Shown one piece after another: positions 1 through 9,485 of a stretch of 64,000 nucleotides of DNA; positions within the stretch are counted from its first letter, which is position 1, and each line of letters starts with the position of its first letter. Where the stretch lies: positions 6,280 through 70,279 of the forward strand of contig CAZHBS010000003.1 in assembly GCA_964530845.1 (NCBI GenBank). Direction: 5' to 3'. Source of the DNA: an uncultured Muribaculaceae bacterium (GTDB lineage Bacteria; Bacillota_I; Bacilli_A; RF39; UBA660). Position numbers and translations under genes: made by a program. Below the pieces are notes generated by a model. The model worked only from the letters and a program-made list of their open reading frames with translations. It was not told the origin of the DNA and did no database searches.

Positions 1-171
1 AATGATGAATTAATTCATAAACTAATAAATAGTGAGATTAGATTAGAATATCCTGACTACTGTCTAATGTATTTTAATAGTTCAGTTATAAAATTAGGAT
101 TTGAAAGAACAAGGTCATACTACATAAGTAATAGAATTGAACAATCAAAAGTACTGAAAAAGAAAGATTAA
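1..171 (+). CDS. 3' end of an unidentified CDS entering from upstream (56 codons plus TAA)
   Basis: Frame 1 is open from the window edge to TAA at 169-171 and is followed by a hairpin and T-run. No motif recognised. Confidence 0.4.
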   Translation, partial: NDELIHKLINSEIRLEYPDYCLMYFNSSVIKLGFERTRSYYISNRIEQSKVLKKKD

Positions 172-186
172 AAATCTTTTTTTTTA
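163..186 (+). terminator. Rho-independent terminator
   Basis: Stem aaagatt / aatcttt followed by a T-run, overlapping the stop codon. Confidence 0.5.
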
Positions 187-248
187 CTCTTTGCTCTTAT
201 ATAATAGTATGCTATAATAAACTTATATAATAAGGACGGTAGTATAGT

Positions 249-3200
249 ATGAAAAAGATATATAAGTTAATCACAATTATATTAGTAACTATATTTATGA
301 TTACAGGAAGTACTTTCATAACTAGTAGTAATAACAGGTATAAAAGTATCAATGAAATACTATCTAAAGAATACTATTCTTATTTACCAGAAGAAGCCAT
401 AGATTATATAAAAGAAACCTATGAGTCAACAGGAGATTTAATCTTAACTGAAAAAAATAAAGAAGATAATTCTCCATATTTAAATCCAGAATATATTAAC
501 TATTTAACTTTATCAGAAGAAGAACAAAAAAAAGTAGATGCCATACCTGAAAGTATTATTGTTGATTACCAAGAACCAATTGCCAAAGCAGACACGCTTC
601 CTTCAAAATATAATCTAGCAGCCGTTGATACAAATGGGGATGGAAAAGCTGATGCCAATTATACAACTCCAATGAAAAATCAAGCTGAACTAGGAATATG
701 CTGGGCAATGACAACTTCAGAAAGTGCCGAAACATATCTTATGTTGAAAAACAAAAAAACTTATAAAGCCGGAGAAACACTTGTATTATCTCCTAGACAA
801 TTAGATTATGTAACATCAAGAGATGGAGTAAAAAACTATTCAAATGAGTATGCGAACCATGATTTAGGAGAAGGAAGTTCCTTTTCTCTAACAAGTAAAG
901 TTTTAGCAGAAGGACCAACTATGTTTTCTGAAAGTTGGCCATATACTTTAAGTTTAAGTTATGATAAATTAAACTATCACGAAGTATTTGATTCGCAACA
1001 ATCAGTTCTAGAAGTAAATAAAACAATTCAAATGCCTGTTTTAAATATAAAGAATCTAGATTTAACAAAAAGTGCCAATGTAACATTAAAAAATAACTAT
1101 TTAAAAACAATAAAACAATTAATAAGAACATATGGAGGACCATATGTAGGAACAATGGCTCCAAACTTCCCATGTGCAGCAGTAAACTCATTAGATAGTT
1201 CTGGACTACAGATAATCGATGTTGATGGAACTTGTACAAAAGATGGATCTCATGCCATGCAAGTAATTGGTTGGGATGATAATTATCAATATAAATATTG
1301 TATTGATGGAAAACAACATACTAAATGGACATCTAGTTGTAGTAGTTCTAACACAGTAACAGGAAAAGGAGCTTGGATTCTAAGAAACTCTTGGGGTGAA
1401 AGTAGTAAAAACAAATACACATATTTAACATATGAATCAACAAACTCTTATTTTGGATTCATAACCGATTTAAATACAGAAAAAAAATGGGATACGACAT
1501 TTAGTCAAACAGAAAAAAATCTTGAAACAACAAAAACAGCAATATTAGATAGTTCAAATAAATCTTGGACTAGGGCAGTTGCAACACCAAATACTAAATT
1601 TAATGTAAATGCTAAATTATATAAAATTAAGTATAAAGCCTCAGTTCAAAATGCAACTTATAGAGTATATTTAAGTACAACAGGTTTAGATAAAGACTAT
1701 GTTAAATTATCTGAAGAAGTAATCGAGTATCCAGGCTATTCAACAGTAGATTTATCAAATTATAATTATATAATTACAAATAATTCTAAAGTAATGATTG
1801 AATCATCTGCCGAAAAATATAATTTCGAACAACAATATATCGCATTACTTACAAAAGATACAACGGGGACAAAACAAATTAATGCTCCAGATGTTATATA
1901 CACAGAAAACAATAATAACATGCAGAACAATTTATACAAGGTAAATATTCCTTCAACAACATATAACATCCCATCAGGAACAAATCTAACATATGAAATA
2001 TATAATCAATCAGGAAGTAATATCACATCAAGTACAGTTATTGAAAATACAGTTGTTGCCAATAACAAAACAAATACAATAGTATATGTACCAAAACTAA
2101 CAAATGGAATATTCTATACAGTAAAAATAAAAATAAATAATACCGAAATCGCAACATCTCAATTGATGCTTTCCCATGTACCATCAGAAGGTAAAGGTAC
2201 TGTTTCAAATCCATATGTAATAAAAACACCAGAAGAATTGTATTCTATAAATAATCTATTAGACAAACATTTTGTTTTAGGTAATGATATTGATATGACA
2301 GAAGCAACACAAAAACTAGGAGGATTTGCTTATAATAATGGAGAAGGTTGGAACGGAATTGGCTCTTTCAACTCTAGATCATTTAATGGAAGCTTAAATG
2401 GTTACTATAATGGAAGATATCATAAAATAATAGGAATGAAAATTGGAGAAAATGGATTATTTGCCAAACTAGTAGGAGAAGATAATCCAATTACAATTAA
2501 AAATATTATTTTTGAAGATTGTATAATTAATTCATCTGCACTAATATCTGATACAATAGAGTCTGTTTCAAATACAATAAATATAGAAAATATTGCAGTT
2601 ATAGATTCAAAATTCAAAGAATCAAGATTACTTGCTAATAACATTCATTCATATATTCAAAATGGTGTTGTAATAAATAATATATATACTGATTCAACAT
2701 TTGATAATGAAATACTTGGATTAATATCTTATGAAAATGCAGCTTTAGATAGACAAAATTCCAACGCCACACTTGAAATAAGTAACATAGAATTCTTAGG
2801 ACGAGTAATAAATCAAAATGTTCAGTCAGCATTATTTGCCATGGCTCAAGGAACAACAAATATAAGTAATATTTTATATAACTATAAGCAACCAGCTCAA
2901 TCACATATAGTCTATGTATTCTATAAGTCTCCAGCTTATGATGCTCATAAGCCAACACTTAAGAATGTTTATTATATCGGAAACGTTCAACCAACTGGTA
3001 ATTCAACAGAAGATGATAGTTATATCAAATCAAATGTAACAAAAAAATCAATCTCAAGCATAAAAAATAGTTCATCTTATAATACATGGCAAAACTTTAC
3101 ATCATCATGGAAATATAATACAAATAGAATTCCATCATTAAAATTTATTAATTTAGAACAAACAAATATTACAGATTTTGAAATACTAGAAGGAGTGTCT

Positions 3201-4499
3201 AAAAATATTACTGATTATGTCACTCCAAATAAAGATGCAGCCATGAATGTATCTGCAACGACAACGACTCCAAAAATAATATCTATTCAAGATGGAGTTG
3301 TAACAGGTCTTTCTGCAGGATTAGGAAGATTACATGTAGTCAATAATTATGACGGAACAGAAAAAGATATAACAGTAAAAGTAATCCCTAAAAAGGTTAC
3401 AGTTACAATCATAAATACAGATACAGGTCAAAAAGGAACAGCTGAAGTAGATAATTTTAGTACAGTAAAATTAAGCCCTAATGTTTTTACAAAAACAGGA
3501 TATAAGTTTAAAAATTGGAATACTAAAGAAGATGGTACAGGAACAACATATGAAGATAGGGCTCAAGTTTCTCTAACAGACAATTTAACATTATATACAA
3601 TGTGGACTCCAATAAAGTATTCTATTAAATATGATGCAAATACAGGTACTGGAACAATGAGTGATTCAACAGGAATAGAATATGATAAGCAATTTGAATT
3701 AAAAGAGAATACTTATACTAAAGAAAACTATATTTTCAGTAACTGGAATACTAAGAAAGATGGAACAGGAAAAAGTTACAATAATAAAGCTAAAGTAATG
3801 AATTTAACAGCATCAGAAGAAACTATAACACTATATGCCATATGGATTGATCCAAGCGATATACTAAATAGTTTCTATGATAATTCAGTATATTATGATG
3901 GAAAAGAGCATACAATTGATGTAAGAGCTGACTTAAATAATATCAACATAAAATACTCCTATAATGGATCTGGATATACTTTAACAGAAATACCTAAGTT
4001 TAAAGATATCGGTGAGTATGAAATAGGATATCAAATAACTATGGATACAAAAGAAGTAAAAACAGGTTCAAAAGTATTAAAGATATATGGACTTAACCCA
4101 ACTAATAAAGTAAATATATCTAATGATATCATAGTCTATGATGGGAAAGATTATATGACTATGCTAGAAAATATTGAAGTATATGCAGATACAACAAAAG
4201 TAGAATTAAAAGATTCATCTAATAAAACAATTACAAGAAATGAACTAAAAACAGGTGATAAGTTAAAAGTAATTCTTAATGGTGAAAAGGAATATACATT
4301 TAATATAGCCATATTAGGAGACGTAAACGGAGATGGCACAATCGATATAATTGATTATATAAGAATAATGAAAGATATAACAAAAGATACAAAACTATCT
4401 GGTGCTTATAGACTTGCAGCAGATATGAATAAGAATAATGAAATTGATATAATAGATTATATTAGAGTAATGAGAATAATATTGGAGGAGAACAAATGA
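249..4499 (+). CDS. Secreted multidomain papain-like (C1) cysteine peptidase with Ig-like and Listeria-Bacteroides-type repeats and a C-terminal dockerin
   Basis: Signal peptide MKKIYKLITIILVTIFMITG. C1 triad motifs are QAELGICWAM (Cys), HAMQVIGWDD (His) and RNSWG (Asn). Repeats GYKFKNWNTKEDGTG and NYIFSNWNTKKDGTG are present. A duplicated F-hand, DVNGDGTIDIIDYIRIM / DMNKNNEIDIIDYIRVM, lies at 4317-4496. Confidence 0.85.
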   Translation: MKKIYKLITIILVTIFMITGSTFITSSNNRYKSINEILSKEYYSYLPEEAIDYIKETYESTGDLILTEKNKEDNSPYLNPEYINYLTLSEEEQKKVDAIPESIIVDYQEPIAKADTLPSKYNLAAVDTNGDGKADANYTTPMKNQAELGICWAMTTSESAETYLMLKNKKTYKAGETLVLSPRQLDYVTSRDGVKNYSNEYANHDLGEGSSFSLTSKVLAEGPTMFSESWPYTLSLSYDKLNYHEVFDSQQSVLEVNKTIQMPVLNIKNLDLTKSANVTLKNNYLKTIKQLIRTYGGPYVGTMAPNFPCAAVNSLDSSGLQIIDVDGTCTKDGSHAMQVIGWDDNYQYKYCIDGKQHTKWTSSCSSSNTVTGKGAWILRNSWGESSKNKYTYLTYESTNSYFGFITDLNTEKKWDTTFSQTEKNLETTKTAILDSSNKSWTRAVATPNTKFNVNAKLYKIKYKASVQNATYRVYLSTTGLDKDYVKLSEEVIEYPGYSTVDLSNYNYIITNNSKVMIESSAEKYNFEQQYIALLTKDTTGTKQINAPDVIYTENNNNMQNNLYKVNIPSTTYNIPSGTNLTYEIYNQSGSNITSSTVIENTVVANNKTNTIVYVPKLTNGIFYTVKIKINNTEIATSQLMLSHVPSEGKGTVSNPYVIKTPEELYSINNLLDKHFVLGNDIDMTEATQKLGGFAYNNGEGWNGIGSFNSRSFNGSLNGYYNGRYHKIIGMKIGENGLFAKLVGEDNPITIKNIIFEDCIINSSALISDTIESVSNTINIENIAVIDSKFKESRLLANNIHSYIQNGVVINNIYTDSTFDNEILGLISYENAALDRQNSNATLEISNIEFLGRVINQNVQSALFAMAQGTTNISNILYNYKQPAQSHIVYVFYKSPAYDAHKPTLKNVYYIGNVQPTGNSTEDDSYIKSNVTKKSISSIKNSSSYNTWQNFTSSWKYNTNRIPSLKFINLEQTNITDFEILEGVSKNITDYVTPNKDAAMNVSATTTTPKIISIQDGVVTGLSAGLGRLHVVNNYDGTEKDITVKVIPKKVTVTIINTDTGQKGTAEVDNFSTVKLSPNVFTKTGYKFKNWNTKEDGTGTTYEDRAQVSLTDNLTLYTMWTPIKYSIKYDANTGTGTMSDSTGIEYDKQFELKENTYTKENYIFSNWNTKKDGTGKSYNNKAKVMNLTASEETITLYAIWIDPSDILNSFYDNSVYYDGKEHTIDVRADLNNINIKYSYNGSGYTLTEIPKFKDIGEYEIGYQITMDTKEVKTGSKVLKIYGLNPTNKVNISNDIIVYDGKDYMTMLENIEVYADTTKVELKDSSNKTITRNELKTGDKLKVILNGEKEYTFNIAILGDVNGDGTIDIIDYIRIMKDITKDTKLSGAYRLAADMNKNNEIDIIDYIRVMRIILEENK

Positions 4500-6049
4500 A
4501 AAGAAAATTAAAAATGATAGTATTGTTATTTATAATGTTTTTAATACCAAAGCAAGTATTTGCTGCTGGGGGATTTAGTGTTTCTCCTTCAAATATAAGT
4601 TTGAATCCAGGAGGAAGTGCAACAGTTACAATATATACAGATAATGCTGTTGGACTTTTAAATATTGAATCAACTAGTCCTGATGTTGCAGCCGTAAGCA
4701 TGGGATCAACTTTTGTTCAACAGCCTGGACAGAGTGTTGCCTTTACTGTAACTGCAAATAGTGCTGGAACTGCGACAATAAATGTTATCGCAACCCAAAA
4801 CTTTGCAACAATGGATGAAGAAATACTTGCTGGTCAAGTAAGATCAATTGTTGTAAATGTAACAAATCCAGCACCACCTGAACCACAGCAACCTTCACAA
4901 CCTGTACAGCCTCAACAACCTCAGACTCCAACAAATCAAGAACCAGCAAAATCATCAAATACCAATATAAGAAATATTACTGTATCAGGCAAAGAACCAA
5001 CAAAAGTTGATGATAATAATTACACATTAACAGTAAGCAATAGCGTTACTATTGTAACAATATCCGCTGATAAAGATGATGAAAAAACAACTATTGAAGG
5101 TTTAGGTGACCATGAATTAAAAATAGGAGATAATGAAATAATTCTAAAAGTCATTGCTGAATCAGGTGCTGAAAGAACAATAAAGATTGTTGTAACAAGA
5201 AGAAAAGGCTATGCCATTTCTGATTTAGATGACATAATAAAAGATAAACCAGATGAAGTTGTAGATATTATCATAGAAGAAGGAGAAGTATTAGATGATG
5301 ATGCAATAAGTAAATTAAAGTCATCTGGAATACTTGCAAATTTCAATTACTTTGATGTTGAAGAAAAGTTAAAGTATAGTTGGCAAATAGATGGATTTAA
5401 ATTAAGAAATACAAAAGGATTTAATCCTAAAGTAGAAATAGTAAAAGACTACTTAGAAGCAATAGATATCGCCTCAAATTATGCTAAAGGAGTAAACATA
5501 AAATTAAGCAATCAAATATCTAATCCAAAAGGTATGAAATTAAAAGTATTTATTGGAGATCAATATAAAACAGGAGATTTCGTAAATATATATACATTGA
5601 AAAATGATAAGTTATATTTAAAAGACTCTAAAGTAAAAGTTGATGCTGGTTATATTACTTTTAATATCGCATCTAATATTGATTATTTTGTAACTCAATC
5701 AGAATTAAATAAAAAATCAAATGATAGTAATTCATACTTAATTGCATCAGTGTTTTTAACAGTAATTATAATAATAATGTTAATAATTGTAATAATCATG
5801 TCTAAAAGATTAAATAAATTAACACATAAAAAAGTAGAAGGTGAAGAAGTAGTTGTTGCTCCAAACAGAAAGATAATCGCATCAAATGAAGAAGTAAATA
5901 AAACAATAGGTGAGTCAACTGAAAAACAACCATCTATAGAAAATGAAGAAAATAAAGTAGCAGGAGAGACAAAAGAAGAACCTACTATAGAAGATAATTC
6001 TAAAAAGAGTGAAGATATCTTAGATGAATACTTATCAAGAAAAAAATAA
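4496..6049 (+). CDS. Membrane-anchored surface protein with an N-terminal Ig-like (possibly cohesin-like) module, a P/Q linker and a cadherin-like beta-sandwich
   Basis: ATGA start/stop overlap with the upstream gene and a GGAGGAG RBS. Signal peptide ends VFA/AGG. Linker PAPPEPQQPSQPVQPQQPQTP. Cadherin-like pattern NIRNITVSG...YTLTV...IKIVVTR. C-terminal TM LIASVFLTVIIIIMLIIVIIM plus a charged tail. Confidence 0.8.
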   Translation: MKRKLKMIVLLFIMFLIPKQVFAAGGFSVSPSNISLNPGGSATVTIYTDNAVGLLNIESTSPDVAAVSMGSTFVQQPGQSVAFTVTANSAGTATINVIATQNFATMDEEILAGQVRSIVVNVTNPAPPEPQQPSQPVQPQQPQTPTNQEPAKSSNTNIRNITVSGKEPTKVDDNNYTLTVSNSVTIVTISADKDDEKTTIEGLGDHELKIGDNEIILKVIAESGAERTIKIVVTRRKGYAISDLDDIIKDKPDEVVDIIIEEGEVLDDDAISKLKSSGILANFNYFDVEEKLKYSWQIDGFKLRNTKGFNPKVEIVKDYLEAIDIASNYAKGVNIKLSNQISNPKGMKLKVFIGDQYKTGDFVNIYTLKNDKLYLKDSKVKVDAGYITFNIASNIDYFVTQSELNKKSNDSNSYLIASVFLTVIIIIMLIIVIIMSKRLNKLTHKKVEGEEVVVAPNRKIIASNEEVNKTIGESTEKQPSIENEENKVAGETKEEPTIEDNSKKSEDILDEYLSRKK

Positions 6050-6072
6050 AAGCCTTAAAGCTTTTATTTTTT
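6046..6072. terminator. Bidirectional terminator between convergent genes
   Basis: Stem ataaaagc / gcttttat with A-run and T-run flanks, overlapping both stop codons. Confidence 0.5.
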
Positions 6073-6624
6073 GTTTTTATTATTAACAATTTCAAAATCT
6101 ATTGTATCAAAGAGTGCCTGTAATTCTTTTTCATCAAAAACTTCTCTAACTACAATTTTTTCATCTTGATCCATACGATTAATTGTTACATATAACAAGT
6201 TATAATTTTTCTTTTCTTTATCATCATTTAAAATAATATAAAGATCCAATTCCTCATCAAGTTGTCCAAACGTATAACCATCAAAATTATTAAATGCATA
6301 TTCCTTATAATTTACTTCATTCTTATGACTTAATTGAATGTTATTATAAGTTGCATAATCAAGATCAACATAAAACATTTGAATCTCAACATCTAAATCA
6401 TCATTAATAAATTCATAAGCAGTTATATCATCTTCATCATCTTTCTCAACTTTAGAGTAGTTGACACTCTCATCATAAGAAAAAGTAGTTTTAAATCCTT
6501 TTTCTTCATCATATATTTCAATTTTATTTAAACCATCATTATTATTTGTATTAATAGTAGTATTACCACATCCACTTAAAAGTAATGTCATTGGAAGTAA
6601 TAATAACATATATCCTTTTTTCAT
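6064..6624 (-). CDS. Putative lipoprotein
   Basis: Signal peptide with lipobox LLLSGC, and a GGAG RBS upstream of the ATG. Confidence 0.75.
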   Translation of the reverse strand: MKKGYMLLLLPMTLLLSGCGNTTINTNNNDGLNKIEIYDEEKGFKTTFSYDESVNYSKVEKDDEDDITAYEFINDDLDVEIQMFYVDLDYATYNNIQLSHKNEVNYKEYAFNNFDGYTFGQLDEELDLYIILNDDKEKKNYNLLYVTINRMDQDEKIVVREVFDEKELQALFDTIDFEIVNNKNKK

Positions 6625-6673
6625 AAATTCTCCTTCACAACAGGCAAATTAATTATAACATAAACAATTGTAA

Positions 6674-7357
6674 TTAACAAGTTGCCTCGTTTTTGCATAT
6701 TTTGATTGTATGAAAACTTTTACCTCTGTAATTAGAATCTACAAAGTCATCCTCACTATCATAAGTAAAAACAGTTAATTGAATACTAGATGCAACCTCA
6801 TCAATTTGATAACTACTTTGCATCTTAAAAGCTGTAAACAATGTATTCTCATTATAATCAGTATTTTCAATGTGAGAATAAAAACCTTTTCCTAAATTAG
6901 CATAATCGTCATATAAGTAATTCATAAGTTGTTCCCAATGATTAAATGTTTCATTAGGACTAAATATATTATATGACACCTCTTCACCATTAGTTTTAGT
7001 AAATTTAATATTAAAACCAATCTTTAAATTATTATTTGTATTATATTTAACCCATTCATTATAAAAACTTTTTCCAAAAGAATTAGTTAAATTAATAACA
7101 TTCTCATTTGATGGATATATTTGAAATACACCAATATCTTGTTCGACAACTGGAGTGAAATAGTAAGTATCAAGTCGAGTTAAAGAACTACCATCTAACT
7201 TATATATTCCAATAGGAGTATTATTCTCATCTTTATAAACATCAACTTTCTCTGGATAGACTTTTTCCTCTTTAGGAATATTGTTATTTTTATTTTCCCT
7301 TTCGCAACCACAAATTAATAAGATAAATAACATTAATAATATAATATTCTTTTTCAT
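6674..7357 (-). CDS. Putative lipoprotein
   Basis: Lipobox LLICGC. The GAGGTG RBS favours the MKKNII start at 7357 over the ORF-track start at 7369. Confidence 0.75.
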   Translation of the reverse strand: MKKNIILLMLFILLICGCERENKNNNIPKEEKVYPEKVDVYKDENNTPIGIYKLDGSSLTRLDTYYFTPVVEQDIGVFQIYPSNENVINLTNSFGKSFYNEWVKYNTNNNLKIGFNIKFTKTNGEEVSYNIFSPNETFNHWEQLMNYLYDDYANLGKGFYSHIENTDYNENTLFTAFKMQSSYQIDEVASSIQLTVFTYDSEDDFVDSNYRGKSFHTIKICKNEATC

Positions 7358-7427
7358 ACAACACCTCATTACATTAATTATAATACAAAATAATATGAAT
7401 GTGTGATAAAATGTATGTGGTGATAAG

Positions 7428-7922
7428 ATGAAAGAAATATTTCATAGGGTAAGTGTAAGAAAATATACAGATCAAATAGTAGAAGATGAAAAAATTGAGA
7501 GAATTCTTCAAGCAGCTTTTAGAGCCCCAACTGCAAAGAATCAGCAAGCTTGGCATTTCTATGTAATAAGAAACAAAGATAAATTAAAAGAACTATCAGA
7601 GGCAACAGCATATTCAATGTGTGTTAAAAATGCGAATGTTGCAATAGTTGTATGTTACGAAAAATCATCTCTTGCTGAAGAATTTGTTCAGATAGATTGT
7701 GCAATCGCAACAGAAAACATCTTACTTGAAGTTGATCATTTAGGACTAGGTGCTGTAATGATTGGAGTAGCCCCTAATAAAAAAAATATGGAGAATGTTG
7801 AAAGAATACTAAATATTAGTGACAATCAACATGCCTTCACAATAATACCAGTAGGATACCCTGAAAGAGAAAAAGAAATACAAGATAGATATAATAAAGA
7901 TAAAATTCATTATATTGATTAG
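7428..7922 (+). CDS. Nitroreductase family protein
   Basis: Typical N-terminal nitroreductase signature RKYTDQ...ILQAAFRAPTAKNQQAWHFYVI, and the size fits the family. Confidence 0.85.
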   Translation: MKEIFHRVSVRKYTDQIVEDEKIERILQAAFRAPTAKNQQAWHFYVIRNKDKLKELSEATAYSMCVKNANVAIVVCYEKSSLAEEFVQIDCAIATENILLEVDHLGLGAVMIGVAPNKKNMENVERILNISDNQHAFTIIPVGYPEREKEIQDRYNKDKIHYID

Positions 7923-7931
7923 GAGGTAAAT

Positions 7932-8096
7932 ATGAATTATACATTCATTGGAATAGTTATTGGTGTTGCAGCAGCATCTACTTATATAGAATATATAAAG
8001 AAAAAAAGTAAAGAGAAAAAAAGAACTATTCAAGTTCCAAAAGAAGTCGTAAAATTAAAAGAAGACATAGATATAAAAGAAATAACTAAAAAATAA
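7932..8096 (+). CDS. Small (54 aa) single-pass membrane protein, absent from the ORF track
   Basis: AGGAGG at 7921-7926 lies 5 nt before the ATG. Product is MNYTFIGIVIGVAAASTYIEY followed by a Lys/Glu-rich tail. It fills the gap before trkA. Confidence 0.45.
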   Translation: MNYTFIGIVIGVAAASTYIEYIKKKSKEKKRTIQVPKEVVKLKEDIDIKEITKK

Positions 8097-8126
8097 ATAA
8101 AAATCTATTGTACTTAAGGAGTTAAA

Positions 8127-9482
8127 ATGAAAATAATAATTGCAGGAATAGGTAAATTAGGTGAATATTTAACAAAAAAATTAGCAGAACAAGGACATTC
8201 AGTTACAATAATAGATAATAAAGTATTTAGCAATAAAGACATAGTTAATAATGAAGATGTTTTTTATATAAAAGGTAACTCCCTAGATTCTAGTATATTA
8301 TTGGAAGCAGGAATTGACAAAGCAGAATTATTAATAAGTGTAATGGATAAAGATGAGAAAAATGTAATGTGCTGTCTTCTTGGAAAAAAACTTGGAGTTG
8401 AAAGGACAATCGCAAGAGTACGAAGCCCAGAGTATACATCATCAGTAAGTATCTTAAAAGATGAACTAGGACTATCAATGATTATTAATCCAGAATACAT
8501 GACAGCACTTCATATTGTAAGAGTCTTAAGTATCCCAGAAGCAATAGATACAAAAACATTCTTCAAGGGTAGAATCATGATGATTACAATAAAGATAAAA
8601 AAAGATTCTCCGATAATAGGAGAAACAATTTTAAAAATCTCTAAAAAAACTGAAAGAGTAATTGTTTGCGCTCTAGAAAGAGATGGAAATACTATTATTC
8701 CAAAAGGAAATGTAAAAATAAAAGAAAATGATAAATTACATATAACAGGTACTAGAGAAAACCTAGTTTTATTTCTAGAGTATATAGGAATCGTTGTAAA
8801 AAAACCAAAAAAAATAATGATAAGTGGTGGATCACCAACAGCTGTTTATATGGCAAAAATGCTTATAAATATGGGAATGTTTGTAAAAATAATTGAACTA
8901 AACCCAATAAGATGTGAAGAATTAAGCGAACAATTACCTAAAGCCATGATTATAAATGGTGATGTTTCAAATCAAGAATTGCTGTATGAAGAAGAAATAG
9001 AAAAATATGACTGTTTTATCTCTTTAAATAATATTGATGAAGAAAATATAGTTCATTCAATATTTGCAAAATCAATAAATGTACCAACCGTAATTACAAA
9101 AGTAAATCATATAAACCTTGATGGAGTAGTAGAAATGTCCGGAATTGATAGAATAATTACTCCACATAAAATTGCCACTAATCAGATAGTAAATTATATA
9201 ATGGCTTTAGCTAATAGTAATAATAGTAGTTGTGAAACAATATATAAATTTGATAATGAAAAGTTTGAAATACTAGAATTCAATGTAAAAAATGGCTTTA
9301 AATTTTTGAATACAAAGATAAAAGATATGAAGATAAAAGACGGAATGTTAATAGTAGCTATACTAAGAGGTAAAAATATTATTTTCCCAACAGGTGACGA
9401 TCATATAGAAGAAAACGACACCATAGTAATAGCAGTTGATGAAAATGACGAAATAAAAGAATTATCAGGTATTATGGAGTAG
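8127..9482 (+). CDS. trkA: Trk potassium uptake system, NAD-binding subunit TrkA (two RCK units)
   Basis: N-terminal MKIIIAGIGKLGEYL (GxGxxG) and a second Rossmann unit IMISGGSPTAVYMA. It is adjacent to trkH. Confidence 0.9.
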   Translation: MKIIIAGIGKLGEYLTKKLAEQGHSVTIIDNKVFSNKDIVNNEDVFYIKGNSLDSSILLEAGIDKAELLISVMDKDEKNVMCCLLGKKLGVERTIARVRSPEYTSSVSILKDELGLSMIINPEYMTALHIVRVLSIPEAIDTKTFFKGRIMMITIKIKKDSPIIGETILKISKKTERVIVCALERDGNTIIPKGNVKIKENDKLHITGTRENLVLFLEYIGIVVKKPKKIMISGGSPTAVYMAKMLINMGMFVKIIELNPIRCEELSEQLPKAMIINGDVSNQELLYEEEIEKYDCFISLNNIDEENIVHSIFAKSINVPTVITKVNHINLDGVVEMSGIDRIITPHKIATNQIVNYIMALANSNNSSCETIYKFDNEKFEILEFNVKNGFKFLNTKIKDMKIKDGMLIVAILRGKNIIFPTGDDHIEENDTIVIAVDENDEIKELSGIME

Positions 9483-9485
9483 AGT

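Noticed and set aside
919-1239. Minus-strand ORFs inside the 1416-aa gene (919-1239, 1766-1969, 2038-2229, 2420-2644, 2635-2958, 4151-4339), and similar antisense ORFs inside other long genes (for example 8264-8500, 9671-9874, 23896-24126, 30853-31197, 40806-41153, 42166-42438, 42849-43166).
   Set aside because: They lie entirely within well-supported genes on the opposite strand. Their products are L/F/I/Y-rich low-complexity sequences of the kind AT-rich antisense frames produce. They also lack RBSs.
4462-4701. 79-aa minus-strand ORF spanning the junction of the two coupled surface-protein genes.
   Set aside because: It overlaps two plus-strand genes that have clear domain content and an ATGA coupling. 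It has no RBS and is a shadow ORF.
4861-4960. P/Q-rich repetitive stretch, together with the poly-Asn tract at 11559-11600, checked as possible CRISPR or non-coding repeat arrays.
   Set aside because: Both are in-frame low-complexity linkers within long ORFs. There is no repeat-spacer periodicity anywhere in the window.
7923-8126. Riboswitch (for example a c-di-AMP or other K+-related leader) upstream of trkA.
   Set aside because: The gap is explained by a small ORF with a strong RBS, and the remaining untranslated sequence is about 30 nt of A-rich spacer with no structure.
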